The notes under the pieces were generated by a model. That model made no database searches. It saw only the letters and a program-made list of their open reading frames with translations, and was not told where the DNA came from. Below are positions 11,048 to 23,908 of a stretch of 64,000 nucleotides of DNA, piece by piece; positions within the stretch are counted from its first letter, which is position 1; the number at the start of each line of letters is the position of its first letter. Made by a program: the position numbers and the translations under genes. Origin of the DNA: Leidyana gryllorum EB-2025a (lineage: Eukaryota; Protista; Apicomplexa). The stretch lies in the NCBI GenBank assembly GCA_048772705.1, contig JBLWGC010000104.1, positions 806,001 through 870,000 on the forward strand. The letters are read 5' to 3'.

Positions 11048-12565
11048 ATGAGACCATCACGAGGGGTAGCCTTTGCCGCAATATGTTTGATATTCGTTGT
11101 GTTCCTCCCTAAGTTGCTAGACAGTGTACCTCCTGCGCTACTGCCCTCCAACCAAGCTTTATTCATCCTCGCATTATTGACGGTTTGCACCAGACAAGGA
11201 TCGCTTGTCTTCTTGTTCTGTGGTGTAGCAGTTCTGGTGTTGGAGATCTTTGTACTGACGCATATGCACCGCGCGGCCCGTCGCGCAGCCTACACTGTTG
11301 AGAATTCCCACCCCTCATTGGAAAATACCCCTCTACAAATCTGGACTATGGCCTTGGCAGAGAACATCAAGTTTGTTCAAGAGGCTCAGCAGATTGGACT
11401 GAACGTCTCTCAATTATGGCCGGAGATCTCGCGATCTCAGGCGTCGCTGGTGGCGGGTCAGCGGCAAGAGTCAGAAGCGCTCAAAGATGTTCAAGTAGTC
11501 GACGATCCACACGCACACACCGAAATGTTTGATGTCAACTACTACTCGGACTCTACTGGAGCAAGATGGGTGACTGTCGGATACGAGACAACGGAAGAAG
11601 CAGAAGCCGAGACCACAGAGACGGTGACCACAACAACGGGTGCGAGAAGCAGAGCAACCACAAAGACTGCTGCACTATTGGGAGTGGATGAGGAGGAAGA
11701 GATTGGGAGTCTGGGAAGCTATGGCGCTGGAGTGAGAACAGTGGACATCATGACAGAGATTTTGAAGGGCTCTCCGGATGTGCGACATGTTCTGGAAGGT
11801 GGGAACCCGACTAAAGATTTGGAGACATTGGTCAGTACTTTGCAATTGACTCCGGTCGCCACTCGAGCGGGTCAGCTGAGCACTGCAGCCAACAAAGCCA
11901 CAAAGGCGAACGAGATAAGTAACATGCCTCAATCAGCGAACTCGAGACTCGTCAGAGAGTTTCTCGCGGAGATGATGGACGAGAATACCACAGATTGGTC
12001 ACAAGCTATTCTGGAAGGGTTCGTTGCCATCTGCCTAGGCGCCAGCCCCAGTGAATTCAAAGCGTTGATGGAAGCGATACTCGCCGACAAGGTATTCGAA
12101 AAGATGACTGTGCAGGAGGTTGATGTTCTCAATAACACTTTGTATGAACAAGTTGACCGTCTGGCGAAGATAGTGGATCAGAATCAGCGACATCCAACTA
12201 ACGGACGGGGTGGGCTGAGGCTTCTCGGTGAGAAGCCACAGAGAGGACACCGAAATGACACTCGGCGATCTCAAAGTCCCAATGCTTTTGCGCGTCTCCC
12301 GCCACCGATGAACATTACAGAACACAATGTCGAACGGGTCCGGGAGGCTTTGCAATTAGACTGGCAACGATTCGTCGAAGATACGCAAGACATGATTAAT
12401 TCGCGTGGCATTGGGCTTTTGCCCGAGATTGCGATTCTGGTGGTCGCGCTGTTCGCATCGTATCGCAAAGCCCCCAAATTGTGCGTCGCCTGGCGTTGGT
12501 GCAGCGACGATCCAGAGGATGGAGACACCTCCAACACGGCCGAGATGGCACAACTGCCACAATAG
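11048..12565 (+). CDS. Hypothetical membrane protein, 505 aa
   Basis: Long uninterrupted ORF with 2-3 N-terminal hydrophobic helices, a Thr-rich patch and a C-terminal TM segment. Confidence 0.7.
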   Translation: MRPSRGVAFAAICLIFVVFLPKLLDSVPPALLPSNQALFILALLTVCTRQGSLVFLFCGVAVLVLEIFVLTHMHRAARRAAYTVENSHPSLENTPLQIWTMALAENIKFVQEAQQIGLNVSQLWPEISRSQASLVAGQRQESEALKDVQVVDDPHAHTEMFDVNYYSDSTGARWVTVGYETTEEAEAETTETVTTTTGARSRATTKTAALLGVDEEEEIGSLGSYGAGVRTVDIMTEILKGSPDVRHVLEGGNPTKDLETLVSTLQLTPVATRAGQLSTAANKATKANEISNMPQSANSRLVREFLAEMMDENTTDWSQAILEGFVAICLGASPSEFKALMEAILADKVFEKMTVQEVDVLNNTLYEQVDRLAKIVDQNQRHPTNGRGGLRLLGEKPQRGHRNDTRRSQSPNAFARLPPPMNITEHNVERVREALQLDWQRFVEDTQDMINSRGIGLLPEIAILVVALFASYRKAPKLCVAWRWCSDDPEDGDTSNTAEMAQLPQ

Positions 12566-12719
12566 AAACGAGACGTCTGGCGAGACTCAATCTGGCGGGT
12601 GTCCCACGCCACTTCTCGCGCCATTGTGAGTAGTCGAGTGGATGTGTAGGGAAAACAAGCTCATTGACACAGTGACAACTCACTTGTGATCGCTGCCCTT
12701 CGAAAGAGTCCGACACGCT

Positions 12720-13552
12720 ATGGATCGAGAAGGTCTCGATGAGTTCCCGGACCTTCGTGAAGCCAAAGCTGCGATGCAGCAAAGGGGATCAGGTACGTAC
12801 TGAGACACTCGTCGTCGCAATTCAATCGTATTTCAACAGCAGACCGCACACGCGGCGGTGCTTGGGCCCGGAAGAAGATACCGCAATCCCCCAGTGACGG
12901 CAGCGCGGGAACTCCCATGCGTTCGAGTGGAGGTGGTGGTGGTGGTGGTGGACAAGCCACGCAAAAACGCTTTAATTCATCCCGCCAGTCGAGCTGGCAA
13001 TCCAGACCGATGCCACCACGCAGGATGGACGAACACTCCGCCTCTGCCATCATAGAAGAGACTCCCAGCCGTCGCGGTGGTGGGCCTCTCTCGAGTCGGG
13101 CAAGACGTGGCCGTGGGACTCCAAACAGTCACTGGCGAGGATCTCGCGGGGTTGCGAGTCATCGTCGGGGGCAGAGTCTCCAGATGATCACTCGACACTG
13201 GCCTCCAACACAAGATACTTCAATGACTGTCACCCCCACTGGAGGTGCTCCTCCGTCGTCCTCCGGGATTGATGTTGCCGATGGGTGTGCTTATGATGGG
13301 GAACCTCCTTTGGGGGGCCTCGTCGTGGGTACAACGGTTCAGAAAGAAGATCTCGAACAGCTTAATGAGCTGCCCCGTCCCCCTCCACACACTGGCGAGC
13401 CCCGCGTTGTAACCAGCTCGCCCCCAGGATACATCTGGATGGGTCTTAGCCCCCGAATAACCAGTGAAATGGAACACGCGATGGCAGAAGTCTTCAATGA
13501 GCCCCGACTGCTGCAGCTCGTCTCAGTCATGACTGACCCATACGAAGACTGA
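12720..13552 (+). CDS. Hypothetical Arg/Gly-rich low-complexity protein
   Basis: First exon MDREGLDEFPDLREAKAAMQQRGS, then a GTACGT intron, then the ORF 12917 frame with poly-Gly and RG-rich segments. Confidence 0.55.
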
Positions 13553-13604
13553 GGGCCAAGTGCGACTTGGAGAGAAAAGTCCTCCATGGTTGTTGCAGTC
13601 CCGC

Positions 13605-15059
13605 TCACTCACCGCCACCTTCAGCGCCGTTTGAGGGCCCAAGATGTGACCATAACATCGCCAACAGCCACTTGAGCACGTTGGGGGTGAAATTGTACAT
13701 AGCTGGGAATATCTGTGGAGCACCGTCAGAGGAAGATTTGAGTGGTGTGGCCGTACCATAGAACTGTCCGAATGTCGTTAACAGATTGGGCGAGTCATAC
13801 TTCCACACCGCCACTCGGCCTCGATTCATGGACGGATCCCACAGGCCGACGGTGACCACCGACTCGTCTGATGGGATGCCTGGCATTCCGTATCCGCAAG
13901 AATAATATTCCATATTGGTCACTGCGGCCGCGCCGGGCGGTCGTGAATTGCGACAAGCAAGAAGACTGTCTGTTCGTGTCCACTTTGGAGCTTGATATTC
14001 CACCATCTGTGTAAACGATGGCAGAGAAGCAGTGAGAGCAATCCACTCACCACCGAACCGTCTACCGAATTGACTAACATCATACGTCCCATAGCCGTAG
14101 TCACCAGCAAATTGTGAGTTAACGGAGTGAAGTCAATGGTCTGTTGACAGCATTGCTCAATGATAGTCAAATTTGATTGCTTACTCTAATCCAATCTTTG
14201 GGACCCATGTGGTCCTCCAAACAAATTATCAAGAATTCCCACTGTAAATGAAGATGACTGTTGTCGCTTTGTCTGTTGGCCACTTACATTCTGGTAGTGT
14301 CTGAGGTCCAACAGACGAATTATCTTTGGATCAGTAGCGATCGCAAATGTGTTGCCTTCTCTGCCATTCTCAAATGCAGTGACCGGAGCGAACAATCTGT
14401 GCCAACTGCGTGGAGCAGTGTTTGTCGGGCAATTGCAGTTATATACAGCGATGGGTTTCTCCACTTCTGATTGATACAGATGAACTTTGCCTTCCAAAGT
14501 AGTGACCATGAAATGGGGGTTCTCAATGGTTTGCATCTTCAGCCCATTACACCTCAGCACCCTGGGAAAGAAATATGGAAATACAAAGTCATGTGGGAGA
14601 TCTCACTTGGCGTCAAAGTTCAGCACTTTGATGAATCGGTTCTCGCGAAGATCCCAAAATCGTGCGGTAGCTGTGTGGAGGATATGACGGGGATATGTAC
14701 AACAGTATCCTTACTTGTCACATCCCGGTGGAATTTACTCAGAGCGAGGGCCATGTGGTTTGACCGTCCGAGATAGTGAGTCAACTCGGCGCCATGTTTG
14801 CGGGAATATAAGCCTCGCAGACTGAAGAGGGAGATAGAACATAGAGAGTGCTCCGATAACATGCCTACCTCCATTGTTTCTGGCCGGAGTCCAGGCTAGC
14901 GACCACCACAGAATCGTCATCCGCACTCGCCAAGAGTTGAGAGCCGTCGGCGCTCCAGGTCAATGAATTCGTGGGTGCAGACACTTCTTGTACAACGGAA
15001 TCGAATATAATAGTCTCTTCATCCCAACTCGAGCTATTACTGTCATAGCCTCCCCTCAT
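13605..15059 (-). CDS. WD40-repeat protein, WDR82/Swd2-like
   Basis: NSLTWSADGSQLLASADDDSVVV..LYSRKHGAELTHY resembles the WDR82 N-terminus (SSDDDSI..LYSKKYG). Multi-exon; 3' end uncertain. Confidence 0.65.
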
Positions 15060-15077
15060 ATTACAAGTTTTTTGGTG
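15060..15077. promoter_or_regulatory. 18-bp head-to-head spacer (WDR82-like / TRMO)
   Basis: CAT-attacaagttttttggtg-ATG. Confidence 0.55.
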
Positions 15078-16640
15078 ATGAGCGAGGCAGATGAAGAACA
15101 GGAAAGAAAGGCTATAGGATGTGAAATTGAACGGTTATGGCGCCAGGTGCAACAGGTAAGCCCTGATATATCAACTAAGTATCGTCAAACCGCCGGTTAG
15201 GAGCAACTCGGTCGTGAAGAAGCACTCCCGATCCCCTCGAACATCCAAGTTAAGAGGCCGAAGAATCCGACCTTTGGAGTCTGGACAACAGCCGTACTCA
15301 CCAAGTTAAAGCATACAGCCAAACCACAAAACTGTCAGGGGGCGTTCGCTGATGAACCTGCCCACGTCTGGGCTTCAGCGCTGGCAGAACTATGGAACGC
15401 CGAGCCCCTGACAGGCATCCGCACTCAGTTCAGGATGGACGCCCGAAGTACCGGCTTCTTGAACTTCTATAGTTGGGACTCTCGACCTGAGACTCTAGTC
15501 ACAGGCATCCCTGAGCCTGATGCCTCTTTGTGGACCTTCTCATCTATTGGTACAATCACCAGCTGCTATAAACAAAAGTTCGGAACTCCTCGGCAAGGTG
15601 AGGACCCCAAGTCCCCGTCTCCACCTAACGGTTTATCACTCAGGAGGTCGACTCGTCCCGCACAGTCTTGCCATTGTGACATTGAAGAAAGAGTTCAATG
15701 AACATTGGTTCGCGGGGCTAAAAGACTTCTCACACGTCTGGATATTGTTCCTGCTCGATGCCGTGGGACACAGACCGTTGGTGGCAGCTCCGAAGTTGGC
15801 AACAGGGAAAGTGGGGGTATTTGGATCTCGATCTCCCCACCGACCGAATCCTATCGGACTGACACTGTGCAAACTAGAGGCTGTTCATGGTCGTACCATA
15901 TCAGTCAGTGGGCATGACATAGTGCAGGGTACCAATGTGATTGATATTAAGCCGTACCACCCTCTAGATGTGGTGAAAGAATGTCAGGTTCCGAACTGGG
16001 TCTCAGACACCATTCCCCCCCCGCTCTCAGACGACCTCTCCGAGCTTTTCCGCAAAGAGCACCCTCTCGAGGGATTTGCCACCGTAAGTATCAGACCCTC
16101 CCGCACATGACGCTCCCATAGGTCGTCATTACCCGACGGGTCTGGAGGACTCTCTTCGCCACACTAACCGACCGTTGGGAACAATTACTGAGCCGTCCCC
16201 GACATAGCAGAATAATGGATGATGAAAAGAAGGGGGCACCATTGCGGGACAGCCTCCAGCGGCTAAAGACGTTGATCAGTGACGAAGAAGACCTCGCGAC
16301 CATTGCGACTACTGCTGACACTCTGATGCAGACGGCCAAGGACCTCTTACGGCCACAACCCATCGGGGGTGTGCCTCCCTTCGAAGTGTATGAGAAGTTG
16401 ACTGACTTTTGCCGGGCTGTTCTCGAAACGTTGCGGTTGGATCCGCGCAGTCGGGACGATCGCAAAGCCACCGGCGAGTTACCTTACCAGATCTTTCTGG
16501 ACAACTTTGAGGGTTAGTTGGGAGGGGGGTTTCATGGTACTCTTGGTATGATTGTGACTGCAGTGCTATTCAATGCCATTCGCGTGGACGAAAAGGTTCC
16601 CGTACGATTGGAAGTAACTGGGATCACTCGGATGAATTAG
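15078..16640 (+). CDS. TRMO: tRNA (adenine37-N6)-methyltransferase, TsaA/YaeB/TRMO family
   Basis: IGTITSCYKQKFGTPRQG, GLKDFSHVWILF, VGVFGSRSPHRPNPIGLT, VIDIKPY, LRLDPRS. Intron 15156-15200 joins the first exon in frame. Confidence 0.9.
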
Positions 16641-16660
16641 TAGACCGTTTTTTCACCTGG

Positions 16661-19600
16661 ATGAGTTCGCAAGTAGTGGGTTGGAATGGTTCGGGGACCC
16701 ATTACACCCAAGGTGGCTATTCGTACCCCTCACAATACATTCAACCTGACCACGAGCGTTGGCAACCGGAAATTGGTACCAACTATGACTACATAGCCCC
16801 TACACAACATGATCACTACAATAGAGCCGTCCAACGGTCACCACCTGCATTCCGCTACCCCGTAGCGGACCACTCTCTACAGTACCCAGCCGAGTTTGAG
16901 CCCCAGCGCTACAACGACCAAGCGCCCATCCGGTATCATGAGCCTCTCCACCCTACCAGCACTTCAACCAGAGCACCCTCGCCCCAGCAGTACTTACCAG
17001 ACTCCGCTGGCATTCGCCGTGTGGGACGTCACCCTCAGTTCGCGGATGAGATCTCGCCTATCAAACAAGGCGGAGGCCACCAACGAGGTAGATACATGGA
17101 TGGTCCAGGAGTACAATATATTGACACCACCCCGGGAGCCTCCATCAAGTACAATGAGCACTCGATGGACCCTCGGTTCGGAGCGGTCGATCCCTATCGT
17201 GATCTCGGATTTGCAAACGATGAAATGCTCTCAATGACATCCGGCATGTCCGACGGTCGTCCTCGTGGGCAATCAGTTGTGCGAAGGATGGTTCTGTCGC
17301 GAGAACCGTTGTCAGGCCCGGAAATGGTACCGATGTCGTCTTCGGAGCGGTATGCGGCCACAGTGGCCTCCGTGGCAAGTGTGAGGCCAGGATTGATTGC
17401 TCACCATCGGGTCAGCCCACCCTCCGCTCACGGGCATGCCTTCCGACCCGCTACCCATACTTTCGAAGACACACAGTTCCCAATGCCCTCACGTGGTGAG
17501 AGCCGTGCTGCCTCTTCGGTAGGAGGTTTGCGACGCGCTCCACATATGGGCACAGAGGTGAATATTCCTCTGCCTTCAACCGCCGATCTGAGCGGGGCTC
17601 AATGGGCTCGTCCAGGAAGGCTTGTGGGCGACCTAATATTGGAGCCAAACGTCGTTGGCGCTCGAAATAGACGACCAATGACCAGCAACGACCTTGGAGC
17701 CGTCCCCACTCCCGTAATTCGGCCCGCTTCTGCTCAATTAAGGTGAGTTTGCTATTCTGTGTCTCCGTTTGGCATTTGTGTGTTCGAAGGCCTTTGCACA
17801 CCCGACTTCTTCCAAGTGAATGGGGTTATCAGCCGAGCACGCGGGCGGCGACCGCAGCATCCCCGCCGATGGATAGTGAATGTGCCGTCAACAGTGGGCG
17901 AGAGGAGAACACAGCTATGACGAGAACAAGAGCTGCAACGGCAGTGGGGCGTAGTCGGTCCAGTCGTAATGCTTCCACGACAGTGGGGACCGTCGCTATC
18001 GAGAATCGTGTCCGGCTGGAGGCCGTTCGCGCGTGCGCAGTCCAGCAGATTCCCTCCGTGTCGGGAAACGACAGCGCGCGAATGGATACAGCAAGGACGA
18101 AGTCCAGAACACCGAAAGGTGGCGATAAGAGTCCAGTTTCAGTGGAAGGCGGTGGAAGCAGAAGCATCGGAGGTCAGTCAACAGGTCAACGCCGTGGGCG
18201 CGGGGCCCCGGAGGAGGAGTCGACTACCACCGTTGAAAGCATTTCAAGGAGTAGTGGCGCTAAGACGGTGCCAAGACGTCGGCCTGCTGCGAATGACAAT
18301 GGGAAAGGCGTCGAAGCCCTGGATCTGGCGTCGCTGTTGGCAAATGTCACCGGCTCCCTCAATGAGCAGCAGCTACCAGTTCTGGATCAAATCCGATCAG
18401 CGGTGAATGATCTTGCGGCAGCATGTCGAACATTGGCTTCGAAACGCGCAGAGTCCCCCAGTCCATCGCATTCTCATTCGCCAGCTATCACCGCCTCCAC
18501 CAAACGACAACCAGAAGTCTCCACGTCAGAAGAGTCGGCGAGTACGTCGAACAATTCGAAAGGACTAAGCAACAGTAACCCTCTGACCAATAGCAAAGTC
18601 ATTGATGAATTGACGAACCGCGTGTCACAAAAGGTGATGACGAAGGTCCTGGCCTCGTTGCTGAAAACAATGGCTGGAGACGCGGACGCGTCCCAGCAAC
18701 CGGCGGCTGCTGATGACTTCAACAACTCGCAACACCGTGAAAGAGGACGAGCTCTCAGCTGGACCGAGCAACAGAATCAACAAATGATGAAGAGTCGGTC
18801 TCCCGTGGCGGCCGTGGCGGCCGACCCCTCAATTCCCTATGCAGCTGACTCTCAATCAGTAGCATCCTCGTCTAATATTACCAGCCATAAACCCGATATT
18901 CACACGTATGGTGGACCCTTCGGAATGCAACCGTGGCAGTCTCTCTCTGGACAGCATCACCAGTACGACACCGTGGCAGCAGCATATGGATTCCCCCCCG
19001 CTGCCGGCGAAACAGTTTCTCCTCCAACTTCATTCGCACCTCCCACCGCTGCCCTTCTCGAGGATAAGGTGCGGAGAAACTTCACCGATGCCCCCCAGCA
19101 TCCTACCATAATACCCCCCCTGATCAAGGCCGCGCCTCGGGCAGACTTGGACGGCCCGATTCTAAAAAGCAAAGAAGAGAAGAAGACGCCGAGTACTATT
19201 GACCCTCTGTCCACAACTAAGAGTCGGGATTCCACACACAATGAATCTGCGACGGGTACACATCCGACACCCGCTCAACGTCCCCCGAAGGCCGGCATGA
19301 GAGAAGTGATGTTCACTCTGCGAATTGACACCTTCCAAGACTCGAGTAACAGTCCAAACAGTTCTTCCTCCAACCGTCAGGCCTGGCAGCCTACCACACG
19401 TCAAGTTGATGTGGTTCGCATCAACAAAAACCCCGATCTATTTGTTCTTCCGGACTGCTTTACTGCGCCAGAATGTCATCACCTTATTGCTGAACTCCCT
19501 ATAAAGTGGGATGTGAATCCTGTACCAGGAGTCATCGTGGATGCCGCGCGCAAAACCGACGGTTTCGGTCGAATTATCACCTCTCCCCCTTCGGTAAGTT

Positions 19601-20218
19601 CACCAATTCGCGACCAGAGCCGGAGACACCACAATGTGTGAGGAGACGCCACAGTGTGTGAGACGGCTCTCGACAATTATATTCCCCCTTGGTCTTGTGG
19701 CTGTCTCTTCCCCCCGCCTCCTGTGCTCTATAAATAACTTGATCTATATTTGTACTATCTCGCAGAGCGCTCGGGCCGGGTCTATCAGCACTGCGTTGCT
19801 GAAGAGAGGATCTTCGCCTTGTGTGTCGCGGTTGGAGCGCCGCTTGGCCGCTGCTTCGCAATGTCAACAAGATCAGATCTCGCGGATCTTGCTTGTCAAA
19901 TTCAGTCCCGGAGCTTATTTGGGACCTCACTTGGAAGGGCACGACGTCTTCAAGACCATCGTCGTATTTTTGAACGGTAAGACCGCCTTGATTGCTTTGC
20001 TGAGCTCATTCCTAACAGACTTGGAGGGTCGAGGTGGCGACGTGGCCTTCACAAAATTAGGACTGCAGGTGCGACCAAAACGTGGCACGGCTCTTATGTG
20101 GCAAGATGAGATTGTGGATAAAGACGGTAATCCCAAGCCCAACCCTGCGATGATCCGCTGCGATCGCCCTACTGAACATGATGAGAAGATCCTTTTGGTG
20201 TGTCAATTCCGACGCTGA
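16661..20218 (+). CDS. Large low-complexity protein with C-terminal prolyl-4-hydroxylase-like 2OG-Fe(II) domain, probably degenerate
   Basis: A 47-nt intron at 17743-17789 fuses the 361-aa and 632-aa ORFs in frame. C-terminal NPDLFVLPDCFTAPECHHLI, LVKFSPG..PHLE, TIVVFLN, GGDVAF..LGLQVRPKRGTALMW. Confidence 0.7.
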
Positions 20219-20229
20219 TAGCTTTTTTT

Positions 20230-20793
20230 ATGTGGTTTTGTTGCTCACGGGTCCGTCAGGAAACTGCAGAGGAGCACGAGCTTGGTGTCGGCTTGTCTTC
20301 TCAAAACAGCATAGGCTCTCGTCGCCATGTCCCCCCTTCGACCAGTTCGACCTCAATGCACAGCGACCGACGCTACAGTACCAGAATGAGTGGTGTCCGT
20401 ATTACTGTTAGTCGTAGCTTGGTGCCTTTGTCGGCAAAGAGCTCCATGACGCTATCCACAGAGTCCAAGTCCTCTTCTTCCATAGATACAAAGGCTGACG
20501 GTGGCACCGCCAGGGAACTAATGCTGGAACAGCCCGTATCAATTACCAATTCACCAAGACGCCGTCGTGCGAGCTCCCGTGGAGGGTCTATTGCCTCCAG
20601 GACGCGGCGATGGTGGAAGAAGGACCCCATATTGCTATTTTCACATTCTGTAGATAACATAAGAACTTACAATACATTACCCCGATCTCCCTCCATTGAG
20701 TCTGTACACAATTACAATGATGGTGAAGTGACTGATAGAAATGGTCTGTCGTCCACCAAAAGTCGATCAAGCAGTCTACAAGCGTCACAGTGA
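20230..20793 (+). CDS. Hypothetical Ser/Arg-rich protein with N-terminal di-Cys (MWFCCS)
   Basis: Open frame from ATG 20230; possible palmitoylation site. Confidence 0.5.
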   Translation: MWFCCSRVRQETAEEHELGVGLSSQNSIGSRRHVPPSTSSTSMHSDRRYSTRMSGVRITVSRSLVPLSAKSSMTLSTESKSSSSIDTKADGGTARELMLEQPVSITNSPRRRRASSRGGSIASRTRRWWKKDPILLFSHSVDNIRTYNTLPRSPSIESVHNYNDGEVTDRNGLSSTKSRSSSLQASQ

Positions 20794-20818
20794 TCGTGTG
20801 TGCGCAAGCAAGTCAAAC

Positions 20819-22549
20819 ATGTACAATGCGGCGAGCAAGTGGATTGCAAGCTGCAAGTCAACCCTTATTACCGCTGCTGACTCACTCGCCTCACGAGCAC
20901 CCACAACCGCGCCACTTGCAGCCCTCAGCAGTCTGCGAAGCCGGCTTCCTGCAACTACAGGTAAGTGTACAAAGTTACTAACCTCCATATGCGTCTATCG
21001 TCTGCCATACACAGATTTGTCAGTACCTCCATGTATTCAGGAGGTGGGTGACCAACTTTTTCTCGTATCAGCCGCCGACGCGTCGCATACGGCGTGCGCA
21101 CTGGGGTGGCTGGACTCCTTGGCGCAGACGACGTTGGAGAATGAGGTGGAAGCGCGGTGCCTCGTGGTTCACCTCAGACGAAACACTGCATTGGCCTCTC
21201 TTCCCGCAGCATTCACGCGAATCTCTCTGACAGTCTTCGATGTTCCCAAATCCAGATTCCCGGGCTTTTCTCTTAGCCAACTAGCGGAAACATGTGCCGC
21301 CATAGAGCTCTGGTAGGTTCACTTGTTAAAGAGTTGTGGCGTTATCTCTCCATTTCATTCAGGTCCCAGCGGTCGCGAGATCCGTGGGCGGTTGTACTAT
21401 TTTATTCTCCAGAAGGTGCTACGAAGCCACTGTACGTATCAGTTGCATATCATGTAAGTCTGGTTCACAGAGAAAGATGGACTGATTCATACTATCGATG
21501 CTCAGATATGGCGTCACCCCCGCAGTGATGTCGAAAAGGTATTAGAATGCTTCCGCGAACGAGCTGCAGGCTTTCGGGCCTCGCAAGGCATTGGACTTGT
21601 GGCACAGCTAACCCATCCGATCCTTGCTCCCCTACCATGTTCTCTATTTCCTTCGCAACGACGCATGCTATCCTATTGGCAGACGGAGTGTCAGAAACTC
21701 TATGAAGCACGCCAGGCTGGTGGATCGGCAGTGACTCGCAATCTTCACTTCAATTTGCAGCTCGCTAGGTTTGAAGCTTCTTGGCCTGCTCGCGTCCAAT
21801 CTCTAGAACTCCCTGATCCTGTTTTAGAGTTATGGATGTCCAATACCACTGTCTACACCACAGATCCCAGAGCCTCAAAGGCATGGCTCAACGGCACGGG
21901 AAGGGAAGATCACCAAACAGATTCCCACTTGACAATAATCCCGTTGCTAGTCGATGTCGCCCAAACTCACACCCCTCGATCTGACTCGACGAGTAGTGTA
22001 CGCTGGGAGTACCGATCGGCCAATTTCCCCAACTTCTCAGGAGACTTCCTGATCCGATTCCTTCCGAGTCTGGAAGGCGATCCGCTCAACACTTCTGGAC
22101 TTGGCTATGACTGTCGAGGCTCACCCACCTCACCAGAGTGGATGCTTAGAGCTCAGTTTCACACCCGAATGTTCAGCTCGCAGAGCCTAACGCAGAAGAT
22201 TAGGCTCTCGGGACCCGATTTGGACGGCTTCGACTTCCTTCAGACTGTCGCAGCGCCTGTCTCCTCTGTCGATATGGAGCTAAAGTACAGTACCAGCCCC
22301 CGACCTGGCGGCGGTAGTGTACTCCGCAGTGTTGAACAACTTCTCGATAGCTGCCTCGTCAACAGGCCCCCAGAGTCCACTGGCGGAGAGCTCCGGCCTA
22401 CTGCCGAGGGCGCGACTTCCAGTGCCATTGACGAAGATCAAGATGACTTTGCAGCAGAGATCAGCCGCATAATTGTTCCAGACAGCACAGAATCTACCTC
22501 CGTGGAGCTCGAGAATCGAACTTCATCCGAGGAACGTGTATCGCTCTGA
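20819..22549 (+). CDS. PTEN/tensin-type phosphatase-C2 domain protein, likely pseudophosphatase
   Basis: SLSQLAETCAAIELW, PSQRRMLSY, DPVLELW, SGDFLIRF and MLRAQFHT match tensin/auxilin PTEN-like motifs; no HCxxGxxR loop; about 3 introns. Confidence 0.65.
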
Positions 22550-22577
22550 ACAGAGAGCTGACACTGACTCACGCCCG

Positions 22578-23862
22578 TCAACCCAAAGACGCATCCAATA
22601 TAGTCTTGACCAGCGTGCGGGCCTTCTTGCGACTTCCGGGCTCCCTGAGGTTCTCGATTCGGGTATTCTCGCCGATCTTCGAATCCGCTATCCCTCCAGC
22701 AACCACAGTACCGAACTGGAAGAATCCGCTATCCGCTTCTGACAATGCCAACTTGCGCTTGGCCCCTCTGTATCTTTGCTTCGGATCCACAAAACCACGT
22801 AGTTCTAAGGCTTTCAGTTCTGCCCGATCTTCATCAGTAATGGTGCGTCGTTTCATTCCGAACCACCCATCGATCTCATTGTGTCGTCGTTTATACTCCG
22901 TTTTCCGATTCTGCGCCTTGTCATCCAGTGTAATTGGCTATAGGGGAAAGAAGTAATTGGTAGTGATACCCTGTCTCTTTACTTACCTCATCAGCAGGAT
23001 TGGCGTTCTTCAGCTCTTCGATAGCTGTTTTGGCGTTCACCGTCTCGTGCAAGAAATCAACTCCACCCCAATCTTTACTTCGCAGAGCACTGAAAGCGGA
23101 CTTGCCTCGCAGAGACTTCAGCTTCCGGCGCCGTTCAGTCTCTTTTTCGTTCTCGGTGGCTTTGATCAAGTCAGCTCCGCCGATTATTTTGCCCATTTCC
23201 AAGACGTCTTTCATACTCTCCACTTTCTCAATCTCGTTCAACGCAGTCACCAATGTGAGCGGAGCACTCTGCCCAGCCGGGTCGACTTCATCGTCGGCTC
23301 CAGCCGTATCAATGACGAAGAAATCGTCATCATCGGCTTCTTTGCCCGCACCACTTCCGGATTTGGCGCCGGAGTCTTCCTTACCATCAGCGAACTGACG
23401 ATGTATCTCGGGCTCGGGAAGCGGGAGCTTGAGGGTCGCAGCCTGAAGCTTTGCGACGACCGGAAGCAGCTTAGGATTAATGCGGACTGGCAGCAAAGAA
23501 ACTTTGCCCGGAGGTATTTTGACGTCCAAAGCAGGCCGATTATCGGGTTTGATGGGTATCAAGTAAAGATCGTCATAGGTTGGTCGATCTTCGAAAACCA
23601 CAATCGGACCCTTGCGAGCTTCAAAGTGGCTGAGAAGATCGCGAATGGTGAAATTCTTGTTGTCCGGATATGTGGCCTTGAAATCCTCGATAACTTCCTT
23701 GGCTTCGCCAATAAGCTCCTCAACGTCCAGCGACTCCAACCATTCATCAGGATTATCTGAATCTGGCTTTGCAACGACGTCTCTGAATCCTGCCGGAGTC
23801 AGAGAGTCCAAGTCCAATGTATTATTATTAGTACTCATGTACAACTCATCACCGTCTGACAT
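22578..23862 (-). CDS. FCF2: Fcf2 / DNTTIP2-like pre-rRNA processing protein
   Basis: C-terminal GWFGMKR..ELKALELRGFVDPKQRYR..FFQFGTVV..KKARTLVKTIL, with an acidic N-terminal region. 3' end uncertain. Confidence 0.8.
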
Positions 23863-23908
23863 GACACTTTTTTTTTGGAAGTTTCGAACATACGCATAAA
23901 AGTAACGG

